This document shows, in pieces, positions 32,056 to 41,761 of a DNA stretch of 64,000 bases. The DNA lies in contig JAOPXL010000229.1 of the NCBI GenBank assembly GCA_025965175.1, positions 10 to 64,009 on the forward strand, read 5' to 3'. Position 1 is the stretch's first letter. Every line of letters begins with the position of its first letter. The notes under the pieces were generated by a model, which was given only the letters and a program-made list of their open reading frames with translations, had not been told where the DNA came from and searched no databases. This DNA is from Aeromicrobium sp. GTDB taxonomy: Bacteria; Actinomycetota; Actinomycetes; Propionibacteriales; Nocardioidaceae. A program made the position numbers and the translations under genes.

Positions 32056-32832
32056 ATGACACAGACCCACCCCGCCTCACGCGTGCCGGCAGGCCCTGCT
32101 GCACATCGTGCACGCGTGCTTCCCGACGCCTCGCTGGTGGGCGCGAAGGAGCGGACGGTCGAGGCCGTGCACGACCGCGTCACCGACACCGTCAACGAGG
32201 TCAAGCCCCGGTTGCGGGGCTGGCTCCACGCGGCGACTGCGCCCCTGGCTTTCTTCTCGTTCCTCGTCGTGCTGGTGATCGCCGAGAGCACGCGCGTGCG
32301 CATCGGCGTCTCCGTCTTCATGGTCAGCGCGCTGCTGCTGTTCATCACGAGCGCGGTCTATCACACCGGGACGTGGACCCCACGTCGCATGCAGATGCTG
32401 AGACGGCTGGACCACGCCAACATCTTCGTGCTGATCGCCGGCTCTAGCACTCCGTTCGCGATGCTGCTCCTGTCGCAGCGACACGCGGTCATCATGCTTT
32501 CCATGATGTGGGGTGGAGCGGCGCTCGGGGTCGCCTTCAAGATGTTCTGGATCGATGCTCCGCGGTGGCTCTACGTGCCGCTCTACCTGCTGCTGGGCTG
32601 GGCTCCCATCATTTTCGCGGGCGACTTCCTCAACGGCGGCACGCCCGCGGTGCTCATGCTGATCGTCGCTGGCGGCGTCTTCTACTCGATCGGGGCGCTC
32701 GTGTACGGCCTCAAGTGGCCGAACCCGTCGCCGGCGTACTTCGGCTTCCACGAGGTGTTCCACAGCTTCACCATCGCGGCGTTCTTCGTGCACTACGTCG
32801 GAGTGAGCCTGCTCGCGTACGGCCAGCGGTGA
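32056..32832 (+). CDS. Hemolysin III / PAQR family membrane protein
   Basis: KPRLRGWLH, SAVYH, RRLDHANIF, GFHEVFH. Confidence 0.92.
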   Translation: MTQTHPASRVPAGPAAHRARVLPDASLVGAKERTVEAVHDRVTDTVNEVKPRLRGWLHAATAPLAFFSFLVVLVIAESTRVRIGVSVFMVSALLLFITSAVYHTGTWTPRRMQMLRRLDHANIFVLIAGSSTPFAMLLLSQRHAVIMLSMMWGGAALGVAFKMFWIDAPRWLYVPLYLLLGWAPIIFAGDFLNGGTPAVLMLIVAGGVFYSIGALVYGLKWPNPSPAYFGFHEVFHSFTIAAFFVHYVGVSLLAYGQR

Positions 32833-32857
32833 CCGCGGCCGCGGTGCTGAGTCGTCC

Positions 32858-33241
32858 TCAGTCGGCGGGTGGCTCCCACAGCTCGATCGCGTTGCCCTCG
32901 GGATCGTGGACGCGGGCGAAGCGTCCGGTCTCGGGGGAGTCCCACTCGGGCTTGACGGTCACACCGATCCCAGCGGCGGACAGCCGCTCGAGCAGGCCGT
33001 CGAGGTCGCTGACGCGCAGGTTGAGCATGACCTGCTTGTCGGCGGCCCAGTAGTCCGTCCCAGCCTCGAACGGCGCGAAGACCAACGGTCCGCCCTGGAC
33101 CTTCCACGACCACTCCTCGGGCGGCCCGGTGTCGGGGGCGGAGCAGCCGGCACCGACCCCGAGGTGCTCGCGATACCAGGCCGTCAGTGCCTCAGGATCC
33201 CGAGCGCGGAAGAAGATGCCGCCTACGCCGAGCACCGGCAT
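32858..33241 (-). CDS. VOC (glyoxalase-like) protein
   Basis: GVGGIFFRARDP, MLNLRVSDL, DPEGNAIELWEP. Confidence 0.88.
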   Translation of the reverse strand: MPVLGVGGIFFRARDPEALTAWYREHLGVGAGCSAPDTGPPEEWSWKVQGGPLVFAPFEAGTDYWAADKQVMLNLRVSDLDGLLERLSAAGIGVTVKPEWDSPETGRFARVHDPEGNAIELWEPPAD

Positions 33242-33279
33242 GTCTGCTCCTTCGTCGAGATCGTCTTCGTGTCGTCGGG

Positions 33280-33305
33280 GTTTATCGCGGCGCGACCGGG
33301 GGTAC
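33280..33305 (+). promoter_or_regulatory. SigF/SigB-like promoter
   Basis: GTTT-N16-GGGTAC upstream of the GPGG small protein. Confidence 0.55.
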
Positions 33306-33358
33306 AACCAGTCTCGCCAACGACGATGGGTCGCCGGCATGTGCGAAAGGGAACCATC

Positions 33359-33520
33359 ATGGGATTTCTACTCTGGATCATTGCAGTCGCTCTAGTGATC
33401 TACGGGATCATCACGTTGTTCAACGGCAGCGTGCTTCTCGGCGTGCTCCTGATCATCGTCGGCCTCGCGGTCGGCCCCGGCGGTTGGACCATCTTCAACC
33501 GTCGCGGGACGCGCGCCTAG
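33359..33520 (+). CDS. GPGG-motif small membrane protein (53 aa)
   Basis: MGFLLWIIAV...GLAVGPGGWTIF; AAGGGA RBS. Confidence 0.82.
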   Translation: MGFLLWIIAVALVIYGIITLFNGSVLLGVLLIIVGLAVGPGGWTIFNRRGTRA

Positions 33521-33551
33521 CCCGAACGAGACGCACCTGGCTTGACCCGAG

Positions 33552-33590
33552 GGGCCCCTGATCGGCAGCGATGCCGGTCGGGGGCCTTTG
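33552..33590. terminator. Hairpin between convergent genes
   Basis: GGGCCCCTGATCGGCA-GCGA-TGCCGGTCGGGGGCCT followed by TTG. Confidence 0.55.
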
Positions 33591-33605
33591 TCATGTCCCG
33601 CGGAA

Positions 33606-34034
33606 CTACTTGCGGGCGACGCGGCGCCCCGCGATGGTCGTCGGCGTGACCCGGATGACCAGCGGGCGTACGCCCCCCGCCCACGGGGACAGCTGGTGGC
33701 GCGAGAGGACCTTGTTGATCGTCGCGCGGTCCTCGACCTGACGGGCGGTGCCGCGGACCGTGACGTTCCAGCCGACGCCGAAGACGTCGTGGTGGTCGAC
33801 GCCGAACGCGACGTCCTCGTGCCCCCTGGCGAGGGTCGACAGGAAGCCGTCGGGGAGCGTGCGAAAGAAGATCTCACCGTCGATAAGAGCGAAGTTGATC
33901 GGCACGAGCTGTTGGCCCTCGCGGTCGACGAAGGCGATGCGGCCGACAGTGGTCGACTCCAGGAACCCGCGGCACTCGTCTTCGGTCAACGGGGCGTTCG
34001 ATCGCTGGGGGCGCGGCGCCGACGACGGGCTCAT
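33606..34034 (-). CDS. Pyridoxamine 5'-phosphate oxidase-like (FMN split barrel) protein
   Basis: LTEDECRGFL, VGRIAF, PINF, VAFGVD, GWNVTVRG, ITP/IAGRR-type end. Confidence 0.82.
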   Translation of the reverse strand: MSPSSAPRPQRSNAPLTEDECRGFLESTTVGRIAFVDREGQQLVPINFALIDGEIFFRTLPDGFLSTLARGHEDVAFGVDHHDVFGVGWNVTVRGTARQVEDRATINKVLSRHQLSPWAGGVRPLVIRVTPTTIAGRRVARK

Positions 34035-34543
34035 GGTGTCCGGACGAGCGCGCCGAGCGCACGTCCCCAGGCGGTGGCGCGCTCGATCTCACCGTCGACA
34101 AGCGGTCCCGCGGTGTCGGTGACGTAGAAGCTCTTCGGCGCGTCGGCGACCGAGACCCCGTGCCGGCGGCCGGCCTTGGCGGCGCTCTTCGCAGCCGATC
34201 CCGGCCAGCGTCGGGCCCTCGACATCTTGGTGTCGAACGTGACCAACGACGCGGCATGGTCTCCGGCGGGCACCCGGCGGATCCACTCGCGCAGTCCGAC
34301 GTCCACCTTGCCGGACGTGCCGCCCTGGGCGAATGCCTCGGCCCTGGTCCGTGGACGACTCATCGACAGTGCGTGGGTGGGACCGCCGGCCACGAGCAGG
34401 TCGACCTGGTCGACGACGTCCAGCGGCGCGTCGGCGACCTCACGCACGTCGACGGGCATCGCCTCCTGGATTCCCTCGGCGATGGCCCGGGCTACTGCTG
34501 CGGTGTTGCCGAACATCGACTCGTAGACCACGAGCGCCCTCAT
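34031..34543 (-). CDS. Flavodoxin-like protein
   Basis: VVYESMFGNT, GGPTH, FDTK, GPLVDGEIERA. Confidence 0.85.
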   Translation of the reverse strand: MRALVVYESMFGNTAAVARAIAEGIQEAMPVDVREVADAPLDVVDQVDLLVAGGPTHALSMSRPRTRAEAFAQGGTSGKVDVGLREWIRRVPAGDHAASLVTFDTKMSRARRWPGSAAKSAAKAGRRHGVSVADAPKSFYVTDTAGPLVDGEIERATAWGRALGALVRTP

Positions 34544-34678
34544 GGGTCGCCTCCTTCGCGCGCTGACATCGTCCAGTCGACCACCCTGCGGGCCTTCCGG
34601 TCACGGGCCAAGGTCAGTGGCAGCGGGGCCCTTGGTCCATCGCGCAGTGGTCCGGGGGCCGTGTCGAACGACTCCGCA

Positions 34679-35081
34679 GTGCACCCCACGGGTGACCTCG
34701 TCCTGACCCTGGACGGCGACACGGCGGACGAGGGGCCGATCCGGTACGCCTTCGAGCAGGCCGACGCCCGGGACGCGGTCCTCCACGTCACCCCGGCCGA
34801 CACCCCCACCTACGAGGCCGACCAGATCAGGGCCAACGTCAGCGAGGTCCTGGCCGGCTGGCTTGATGAGTATCCCGACATCAACGTCGTCAAGGGCTTC
34901 TCGATCGGTGACCCCACGGACTCCATCACCCGGGCCACCGACAACGCGGCGCTCGGTGATCGTCGGGCGACCGCACGGCCACTGCCTTCCCCTCCCGGAG
35001 AGGCACCCCTTGGCGACCGAGGTCCTGCGCCGGGCCCACTGCCCAGTGGCGATCGTGCCCCCGACGTACGCCGGCGGGTGA
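34679..35081 (+). pseudogene. Universal stress protein fragment, frameshifted
   Basis: IRYAFEQADARDAVLHV...YPDINV in one frame, VIVGRP...EVLRRAHCPVAIVP in another; shift near 34953. Confidence 0.7.
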
Positions 35082-35279
35082 CGAGGACGCTCTGGTCAGG
35101 AGCGCAGTGTCATCTTCCGCTGCGCCTGACGGCTCTCGGTCGTGACGGCGAGGACGTACCCGAAGAAGAAGCCGAACAGCGCCGACGCGGCCACTTCAGC
35201 CGCCGCTTCCGGCAGCTGCACGAGGTGCCGCCGGGCGTGTGCGGGCGAGCCTGCGCTGATCCCCGTACACCCGTTGAGC

Positions 35280-35317
35280 AACCCACGCGTCAGCGTGCGT
35301 AACCCACGCGTCAGCGT
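35280..35317. repeat. 17-bp direct repeat at the pcaR stop
   Basis: AACCCACGCGTCAGCGT at 35280-35296 and 35301-35317. Confidence 0.85.
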
Positions 35318-36102
35318 CGGGTTCGGGTGAGGGCGAGGTCGTCGCTCACTTGGCGGGCGGCCTCGAGCAGCGGGGGCAGGCTGCTGGCGAGGAGCTCGTC
35401 GATGCCGGCCGCCGAGCTCGAGGCGGACACGTTGAGCGCGGCCACTACGACGCCGCTCCCGTCCACGACGGGGGCGGCGATCGATCGCAGGCCCGGCTCG
35501 AGCTCCTGGTCGACCGCGGCCCAGGCCTGCTCACGGACCCGGTCGAGCTCGGCTCGCAGCGTCGCCGCGTCGTGGACGCCGCGCGGGGTGAGCGGTCGCA
35601 GATCGGCGCCGCCGAGGTAGGCGTCGAGCTCCTCGGCGGACAGCGCGGCCAGGAGCACGCGTCCCATCGAGGTCGCATGGGCCGGGAACCGGGTGCCGAC
35701 TGTGATGCCGACGCTCATGATCCGCCGGGTCGCGACCCGCGCGACGTAGACGATGTCCTCACCGTCCAGCACCGCGGCGGACGTCGACTCGCCGACCGCG
35801 GCGGACAGGCGCTCGAGGTGCGGCTGGGCGAGCTGGGGGAGCCCCAGCCCGGAGAGGTACGCCGTCCCGAGCCGCAGGACCTGCGGGGTCAGCGTGAAGG
35901 TGCGACCGTCGGTGCGTACGTAGTCGAGCTCCACGAGGGTGTGGAGGAACCGCCGCGCCGTCGCCCGGCTGAGCCCCACCCGCGTCGCGACCTCGCTCAA
36001 CGTCATAGTGGGGTGGTCGGCGTCGAACGCCGTGATGACCGACAACCCGCGCGCGAGCGACTGGACGAACTGGTCGCTCGCGACGACGGGCTGCTCCGAC
36101 AT
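35311..36102 (-). CDS. pcaR: IclR family regulator PcaR
   Basis: FVQSLARGL, LSRATARRFLHTL, VGTRFPAHATSMGRVLL, DQELEPGLRSIA; adjacent to pcaFIJ. Confidence 0.85.
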   Translation of the reverse strand: MSEQPVVASDQFVQSLARGLSVITAFDADHPTMTLSEVATRVGLSRATARRFLHTLVELDYVRTDGRTFTLTPQVLRLGTAYLSGLGLPQLAQPHLERLSAAVGESTSAAVLDGEDIVYVARVATRRIMSVGITVGTRFPAHATSMGRVLLAALSAEELDAYLGGADLRPLTPRGVHDAATLRAELDRVREQAWAAVDQELEPGLRSIAAPVVDGSGVVVAALNVSASSSAAGIDELLASSLPPLLEAARQVSDDLALTRTRR

Positions 36103-36107
36103 GGGTG

Positions 36108-36794
36108 TCAGGGTTCCAGTCGGCGCAGCGGCACGTCCAGCCGGGTCGCGAGCTCGTCGTACGTCAGGCCGAACGTCTCGACGACCGTCACTCCGTCGGG
36201 CCCGACCAGGAACGTCGCGTGCTCGGTGTAGACCCGGCTGACGCAGGCGAGACCTGTCAGGGGATAGGTGCAGGTCGGCACGAGCTTGGCGGACCCGTCC
36301 TTGGCGAACAGCGACATCATCACGAAGACGTCCTTGGCCCCGATCGCCAGGTCCATCGCGCCACCGACCGCGGGGATCGCGTCGGGGGCGCCGGTGTGCC
36401 AGTTGGCCAGGTCGCCGTGCTCGGACACCTGGAACGCACCGAGCACGCAGACGTCGAGGTGCCCGCCGCGCATCATGGCGAACGAGTCGGCGTGGTGGAA
36501 GTAGCAGGCGCCCACGAGCTCGGTGACGGGGATCTTGCCGGCATTCGTCAAGTCGGGGTCGATCTGGTCGCCCTCAGCGACGGGGCCCATGCCGAGCATG
36601 CCGTTCTCGGTGTGGAGGACGACGCCGGAGCTCGGCGACAGGTGGTTGGAGACCTGGGTCGGCTGCCCGATGCCGAGGTTGACGAAGGAACCGTCGGGGA
36701 TGTCACGGGCGACGGTCGCGGCCATCTCGTCGCGGCTGAGGGGCCCGCGACCGAGGTGCTCGACGGTGCGGTCGACGTTGATCTCGATGGTCAT
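36108..36794 (-). CDS. pcaJ: 3-oxoadipate CoA-transferase subunit B
   Basis: VNLGIGQPT, TENG, MMRGGHLD, GDLANW, VGGAMDL. Confidence 0.9.
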   Translation of the reverse strand: MTIEINVDRTVEHLGRGPLSRDEMAATVARDIPDGSFVNLGIGQPTQVSNHLSPSSGVVLHTENGMLGMGPVAEGDQIDPDLTNAGKIPVTELVGACYFHHADSFAMMRGGHLDVCVLGAFQVSEHGDLANWHTGAPDAIPAVGGAMDLAIGAKDVFVMMSLFAKDGSAKLVPTCTYPLTGLACVSRVYTEHATFLVGPDGVTVVETFGLTYDELATRLDVPLRRLEP

Positions 36795-37462
36795 GCGCGC
36801 TCCTGCCCGACCTGCACGATGCGGTCGACGTATATCCCGGGGGTGACGACGGCCTCGGGGTCGAGGTCGCCTGCCTCCACGACGTGGGTGACCTGCGCGA
36901 TCGTGGTCGCGGCGGCCGTCGCCATGACGGGCCCGAAGTTGCGGGCCGTCTTGCGATAGACGAGATTGCCCATCCGGTCGCCGGCGTGGGCGCCGATCAG
37001 GGCGACGTCGCCGCGGATCGGCAGCTCGAGGACGTAGTCGCGCCCGTCGATCGTGCGCGTCTCCTTGCCGTCGGCGAGGGGCGTGCCGACGCCGGTGGGG
37101 CAGAAGAACGCGCCGATGCCGGCCCCCGCCGCGCGCATGCGCTCGGCGAGGTTGCCCTGCGGCACGACCTCGAGATCGATCCGGCCGGACCGGTAGAGGT
37201 CGTCGAAGACGTACGAGTCGGACTGGCGGGGGAAGGAGCAGATGACCTTGCGAACGCGTCCTGCAGCCAGGAGCGCCGCTAGCCCGGTGTCACCGTTGCC
37301 GGCGTTGTTGGACACGACGGTCAGGTCGGTGGCTCCCTGGTCGATCAGGGCGTCGATCAGGGCGACCGGCATGCCGGCCATGCCGAAGCCGCCGATCAGG
37401 ACCGTCGCACCGTCCGCGATGCCGGCGACGGCCTCGGCCGCGGTGTCGGCGATCGTGGTCAT
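36791..37462 (-). CDS. pcaI: 3-oxoadipate CoA-transferase subunit A
   Basis: IGGFG, SNNAG, CSFPRQSDS, PQGNLAERMRAAGAG, RNFGP; start MTTIAD. Confidence 0.92.
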   Translation of the reverse strand: MTTIADTAAEAVAGIADGATVLIGGFGMAGMPVALIDALIDQGATDLTVVSNNAGNGDTGLAALLAAGRVRKVICSFPRQSDSYVFDDLYRSGRIDLEVVPQGNLAERMRAAGAGIGAFFCPTGVGTPLADGKETRTIDGRDYVLELPIRGDVALIGAHAGDRMGNLVYRKTARNFGPVMATAAATTIAQVTHVVEAGDLDPEAVVTPGIYVDRIVQVGQERA

Positions 37463-38643
37463 CGGGCCGCCTCGTTCTCGAGGACGACGGCCAGGGCCTG
37501 GCCGACGCCGATGCAGATCGCCGCGATGCCCCAGCGCTCGCCCGACTCGGTCAGGCGCTTCGCCAGCGTGCCGAGGAGGCGGGCGCCGGACGCGCCGAGG
37601 GGGTGGCCGATCGCGATCGCGCCGCCCTTGGCGTTGACGATCTCGGGGTCGACCTTCCAGGCGTCGACGCAGGCCAGCGACTGCACCGCGAACGCCTCGT
37701 TGACCTCGACCGCACCGACGTCGGACCACGAGATGCCGGCCCGGGTCAGGGCCGCGTTGGCCGCCTCGACCGGGGCGAAGCCGAACTGCTGCGGGTCCAG
37801 CGCGTGCACGCCGCGGCCCGCGATGCGGGCGATGGGTTCCAGGCCGATGACGCTCGCCGCCGCCTCCGATCCCAGCAGCAGTGCCGAGGCGCCGTCGTTG
37901 AGCGGCGACGCGTTGCCGGCCGTGATGCTGCCGTCGGGACGGAACGCGGGCCGCAGCCCACCGAGCTTCTCGGTCGTCGTCCCGGGTCGGATCGACTCGT
38001 CGCGGGCCAGGTCGGCCCCGTCCACGGGGAAGACGAGGTCTTCGTAGAAGCCCGCGGTCCAGGCCGCGTCGGCGAGGGCGTGCGACCGGGCCGCGAACTC
38101 GTCCTGACGCTCCCGGCTGATGCCGAACCGCTCCTGGAGCTGCTCGTTGCACTCGCCCAGCGAGACGGTCCACTCCTTCGGCATGCGCTCGTTGACGAGC
38201 CGCCAGCCCAGGGTCGTGGAGACAGCGGTGGTGTCACCGGCGGGATAGGCGCGGGACGGCTTCGGCAGGACCCACGGCGCACGGGTCATCGACTCGACGC
38301 CGCCGGCCACCACTATGTCCGCGTCACCGGTCTCGATGACGCGGGACGCGGCCATCGCGGCGTCCAGGCTCGATCCGCACAGCCGGTTGATCGTCGTGGC
38401 CGGAACCGATGTCGGCAGGCCCGCCAGCAGGACAGCCATGCGGCCCACGTTGCGGTTGTCCTCACCGGCACCGTTGGCATTGCCCCACACGACGTCGCCG
38501 ATGCGCTCGGGGGCGAGCCCGGGGGCCTTCGCCAGCAGGCCCGTGAGGGCCGCGGCGGCCAGGTCGTCGGGGCGGGCTCCGGCGAGGGCGCCGCCGAACT
38601 TCCCGAACGGGGTGCGAGTGGCGGCGTAGAGGTGGGACGTCAT
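37459..38643 (-). CDS. pcaF: 3-oxoadipyl-CoA thiolase
   Basis: GEDNRNVGRM, NRLCGS, NEAFA, GHPLGASG, CIGVGQ. Confidence 0.9.
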   Translation of the reverse strand: MTSHLYAATRTPFGKFGGALAGARPDDLAAAALTGLLAKAPGLAPERIGDVVWGNANGAGEDNRNVGRMAVLLAGLPTSVPATTINRLCGSSLDAAMAASRVIETGDADIVVAGGVESMTRAPWVLPKPSRAYPAGDTTAVSTTLGWRLVNERMPKEWTVSLGECNEQLQERFGISRERQDEFAARSHALADAAWTAGFYEDLVFPVDGADLARDESIRPGTTTEKLGGLRPAFRPDGSITAGNASPLNDGASALLLGSEAAASVIGLEPIARIAGRGVHALDPQQFGFAPVEAANAALTRAGISWSDVGAVEVNEAFAVQSLACVDAWKVDPEIVNAKGGAIAIGHPLGASGARLLGTLAKRLTESGERWGIAAICIGVGQALAVVLENEAAR

Positions 38644-38652
38644 GCGGATCCT

Positions 38653-38686
38653 GTTCGTTATACGAACGTCTGTTCATCAGACGAAC
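38653..38686. promoter_or_regulatory. Two tandem PcaR-type operator palindromes
   Basis: GTTCGTTATACGAAC (38653-38667) and GTTCATCAGACGAAC (38672-38686) just upstream of pcaF. Confidence 0.7.
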
Positions 38687-38732
38687 GCCGTCGAGCATAC
38701 GCGAGGGGAGTGCGGGACTCAAGGGGAGAGCG

Positions 38733-39932
38733 TCAGCTGCTGGGCCGGTCGAGCTCGTCGAGCACGCCCTGGGCGATGCGGAAGGCGGTGTTGGCGTCTG
38801 GCACGCCACAGTAGATCGCGGTCTGGAGCAGCAGCTCCTTGATCTCGTCGTTGGTCAGCCCGTTGGTGCGGGCGGCGCGGACGTGCATCGCGAGCTCCTC
38901 GTGATGCCCGCGCGCGACCAGCGCCGTCAACGTGATGAGGGACCGGCTGCGACGGTCCAGACCCGGCCGGGTCCAGACCGACCCCCAGGCGTACTGCGTG
39001 ATGAAGTCCTGGAAGTCCGCGGTGAGATCGGTGATCGCGGCCGTCGCCCGGTCGACGTGCACGTCGCCGAGCACCTCGCGGCGCACCGCCATCCCAGCGG
39101 CACGCACCTCGGCGACCGTCGTGGGGGAGGGTGCGATGTCCTCGCCGGCGGCGTGGGCGCGAATCAGTCGGGCGACCTCGGCGGGGTCCTCGGCGGGCGG
39201 GAGGTGCGCGACGCCGTCGAGCACCAAGAGGTGCCCGTTCCGGACGCCGTCGGCGATGGCGGCGAGATCGGCCGGTGGGGTCGGGCCGTCGTGCGCGCCG
39301 GCGACCGCGAGCACGGGGGTGCGGACCTGGTCGAGCCGATCGCGGACGTCGAACACCGCGAGCGCCTCGCACACCAGTGCGTAGCCCTCGTCGTCCGCGT
39401 CCTGCAGCGAGTGCAGCAGTGCCGTGGCGACCTCCGGCTCACGTGCAAGGAAGCCGTCGGCGAACCATCGGGCGGCCGATCCCTCGACCATCGACGGGGT
39501 GCCCGAGGCGCGCACGGTCTCGGCCCGCTCGAGCCAGCCGGCCGGCTCGCCGATCCTGGCGGCGGTCGACACCAGCACCGCGCTGTCGACTCGCTCGGAC
39601 GAGTCCAGGAGGAGCTGCAGGCCCACCGCGCCACCGACGGAGTCGCCGGCGTACGTGAAGGTGCTGCCCTGCGAACCCCGCTCGGCCAGCATGTCGTCGA
39701 CCATCTCGACGACGCCGGCGGCCAGCTCAGCGATCGTGAACGGCGTCGCCCGCGCGAAGTTGGACCCGTGTCCCGGCAGGTCCCAGGCCAGGACCTCGAA
39801 CCGGTCGGTCAGGTGGGTCGCGCAGCGAGACCACAGGGCGCGCGCCGAGGTGCCGAGCGAGGGGCCGAGCACGAGCAGCGGCAGGGCGGGCGAGCCGCCG
39901 AGGCGTACGGCGGTGATCTGCGGGACGGTCAC
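38733..39932 (-). CDS. pcaL: Fused 3-oxoadipate enol-lactonase / 4-carboxymuconolactone decarboxylase
   Basis: alpha/beta hydrolase (GPSLGTS, GDSVGG) plus CMD domain (GMAVRREVLG, YAWGSVWTRPGL, YCGVP); GTG overlaps the pcaB stop. Confidence 0.9.
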   Translation of the reverse strand: MTVPQITAVRLGGSPALPLLVLGPSLGTSARALWSRCATHLTDRFEVLAWDLPGHGSNFARATPFTIAELAAGVVEMVDDMLAERGSQGSTFTYAGDSVGGAVGLQLLLDSSERVDSAVLVSTAARIGEPAGWLERAETVRASGTPSMVEGSAARWFADGFLAREPEVATALLHSLQDADDEGYALVCEALAVFDVRDRLDQVRTPVLAVAGAHDGPTPPADLAAIADGVRNGHLLVLDGVAHLPPAEDPAEVARLIRAHAAGEDIAPSPTTVAEVRAAGMAVRREVLGDVHVDRATAAITDLTADFQDFITQYAWGSVWTRPGLDRRSRSLITLTALVARGHHEELAMHVRAARTNGLTNDEIKELLLQTAIYCGVPDANTAFRIAQGVLDELDRPSS

Positions 39933-41173
39933 TCGTTCTCCTCCAGGAAGGTGCGAGCGCGCTCGACCGCACCGGCGACGAGGTCGCCGGTGATGCCGAG
40001 GTACGTCGTGGGGTCCGGGTCGTGCTTCGTGTCGAGCAGGTCCTCGACCCCACGGCGCTCCGCCAGGACGTCCTCGGCCGACTCGTCGAGCGTCACGCCC
40101 ATGCGCTCGGGGTTGACGCGCAGGCCCTGCAGCAGCTCGGTGGTCTGGGAGCCGGCGACGGCGCTGCGGCGGCCGAGCGTGCGCAGCGTCGCCCACTCGG
40201 TGTGCCACGCGCCGTCGGGCCGCTGGTCGCCCGTCGTCGCCGACGCCAGGTGCATCGTCGCGCCGAGGCTCGGCGCGGCCAGCGCGGCCCGCCGGATCAG
40301 CACCGACAGAACCGGGTTCTGCTTGTGCGGCATCGTCGACGACCCGCCGCGTCCGACGCCGGCCGGCTCGCCGAGCTCACCGATCTCGGTCCGCGACAGC
40401 GTCGCGACGTCCGAGGCGACGTGGCCCCAGGCGTCGGTGCACGTCACGAGGGCGTCCGCGGCCCGGGTGAGAGGTACGCGGGCGGTGTGCCATGGCCGGT
40501 GCACCCGGAGCCCGAGCGTGTCGGCGGCGATCGTCGCGACCTCGTCGGCGACCGCCGGCGGGTCCGCGAGCTCGCGCAGCCGGGCCAGCTCGGTCGTCGC
40601 GGCGAGGGTGCCGACCGCACCGCCGAGCTGGGCCGGGAGCAGCGTGCGGGCGTCGATGACCAGCTCGGCCGCGTCGACGATCCCGTCGAGCCAGGAAGCC
40701 GCGACGCCGCCGAACGTCGTCGGCACGGCGTGCTGCGTGAGCGTACGTCCGACCATCGGCGTCGCGACGTGACGCTCGGCCAGGATCGCGAGGGCGATGA
40801 CCTGGGACCGCAGCTCGTCCAGCAGGCGGTCGAGCACGTCGGCCAGGGTCAGGATCAGGGCCGTGTCCAGCACGTCCTGGCTGGTCAGGCCACGGTGGAG
40901 CCACTGCGCGGGGTCGGCGTCGACCCGGGACCGCAGCAGCTGCACCAGCGGGATGACCGGGTTACCGCCGGCCTCCGCGGCACGGGACAGCGCGTCGAGG
41001 TCGTCGGCGGTCACGATCCCGGCGAGGTCGCCGTCGGCCGACTCGGGCGCTAGCCCCGTGTCGACGAGGCCCTCGAGCCACGCGGTCTCGACACGCACCA
41101 TCGCCTCGAGCAGGGCCGTGTCGGACATCAGGGTGCCGGCGCGTTCGTCGCCCGGCCAGAAGAGATCGGTCAT
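39929..41173 (-). CDS. pcaB: 3-carboxy-cis,cis-muconate cycloisomerase
   Basis: HRGLTSQD, GRTLTQHA, GSSTMPHKQNP, GAWHTEW. Confidence 0.9.
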   Translation of the reverse strand: MTDLFWPGDERAGTLMSDTALLEAMVRVETAWLEGLVDTGLAPESADGDLAGIVTADDLDALSRAAEAGGNPVIPLVQLLRSRVDADPAQWLHRGLTSQDVLDTALILTLADVLDRLLDELRSQVIALAILAERHVATPMVGRTLTQHAVPTTFGGVAASWLDGIVDAAELVIDARTLLPAQLGGAVGTLAATTELARLRELADPPAVADEVATIAADTLGLRVHRPWHTARVPLTRAADALVTCTDAWGHVASDVATLSRTEIGELGEPAGVGRGGSSTMPHKQNPVLSVLIRRAALAAPSLGATMHLASATTGDQRPDGAWHTEWATLRTLGRRSAVAGSQTTELLQGLRVNPERMGVTLDESAEDVLAERRGVEDLLDTKHDPDPTTYLGITGDLVAGAVERARTFLEENE

Positions 41174-41203
41174 GACTGCAGTCTGCCGCTCACCGTCAGG
41201 ATC

Positions 41204-41761
41204 TCAATGCCCGGGATATGTCAGGAAGACCGTCTCGCGGTCGCCCTGGAGGTGGATGTCGAACTCCAGTCCGCTCGCGTCGGCTGCTGCGACCAGCGTC
41301 TGGCGACGGGTGGCGTCCAGTGAGGAGAGCAGCGCGTCGTCCACGAGCGCGGGGTGCCCCGGGACGTACGCCCGGGTGAACAGTCGGTTGAGCAGACCCC
41401 GGGCGAAGACCGTGACGGCAAAGAACGGTGCGGCTCCCGGCTCGGTCGCGCCCGGCAGCAGCGTGGTGAACGAGTAGCGACCCGTGTTGTCGGTGGCCGC
41501 GCGCCCCCAGCCGGTGAACGTCCAGCCGTCGCGGTGGATCGAGCCCGGCTCCTGCACGACGACGCCCTCAGGGTCGGCCTGCCAAATCTCGACGAGCGCG
41601 TCCTGCAGCGGTGCGACCTGCCCGTCGAGGACCCGGCCGTGCAGACGGATCGCGTCGGGGCGGCCGGGCGGGACGAGCTCGGAGTCGCCGGCGAACGGCA
41701 GCGCGTAGTGGAAGAACGGGCCCACGGTCTGCCCGGGGGTGGGGCGAAGCCGGTCGCTCAT
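41204..41761 (-). CDS. pcaG: Protocatechuate 3,4-dioxygenase alpha subunit
   Basis: TPGQTVGPFF, EIWQAD, FARGLL, FDIHLQG-RETVF. Confidence 0.93.
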   Translation of the reverse strand: MSDRLRPTPGQTVGPFFHYALPFAGDSELVPPGRPDAIRLHGRVLDGQVAPLQDALVEIWQADPEGVVVQEPGSIHRDGWTFTGWGRAATDNTGRYSFTTLLPGATEPGAAPFFAVTVFARGLLNRLFTRAYVPGHPALVDDALLSSLDATRRQTLVAAADASGLEFDIHLQGDRETVFLTYPGH

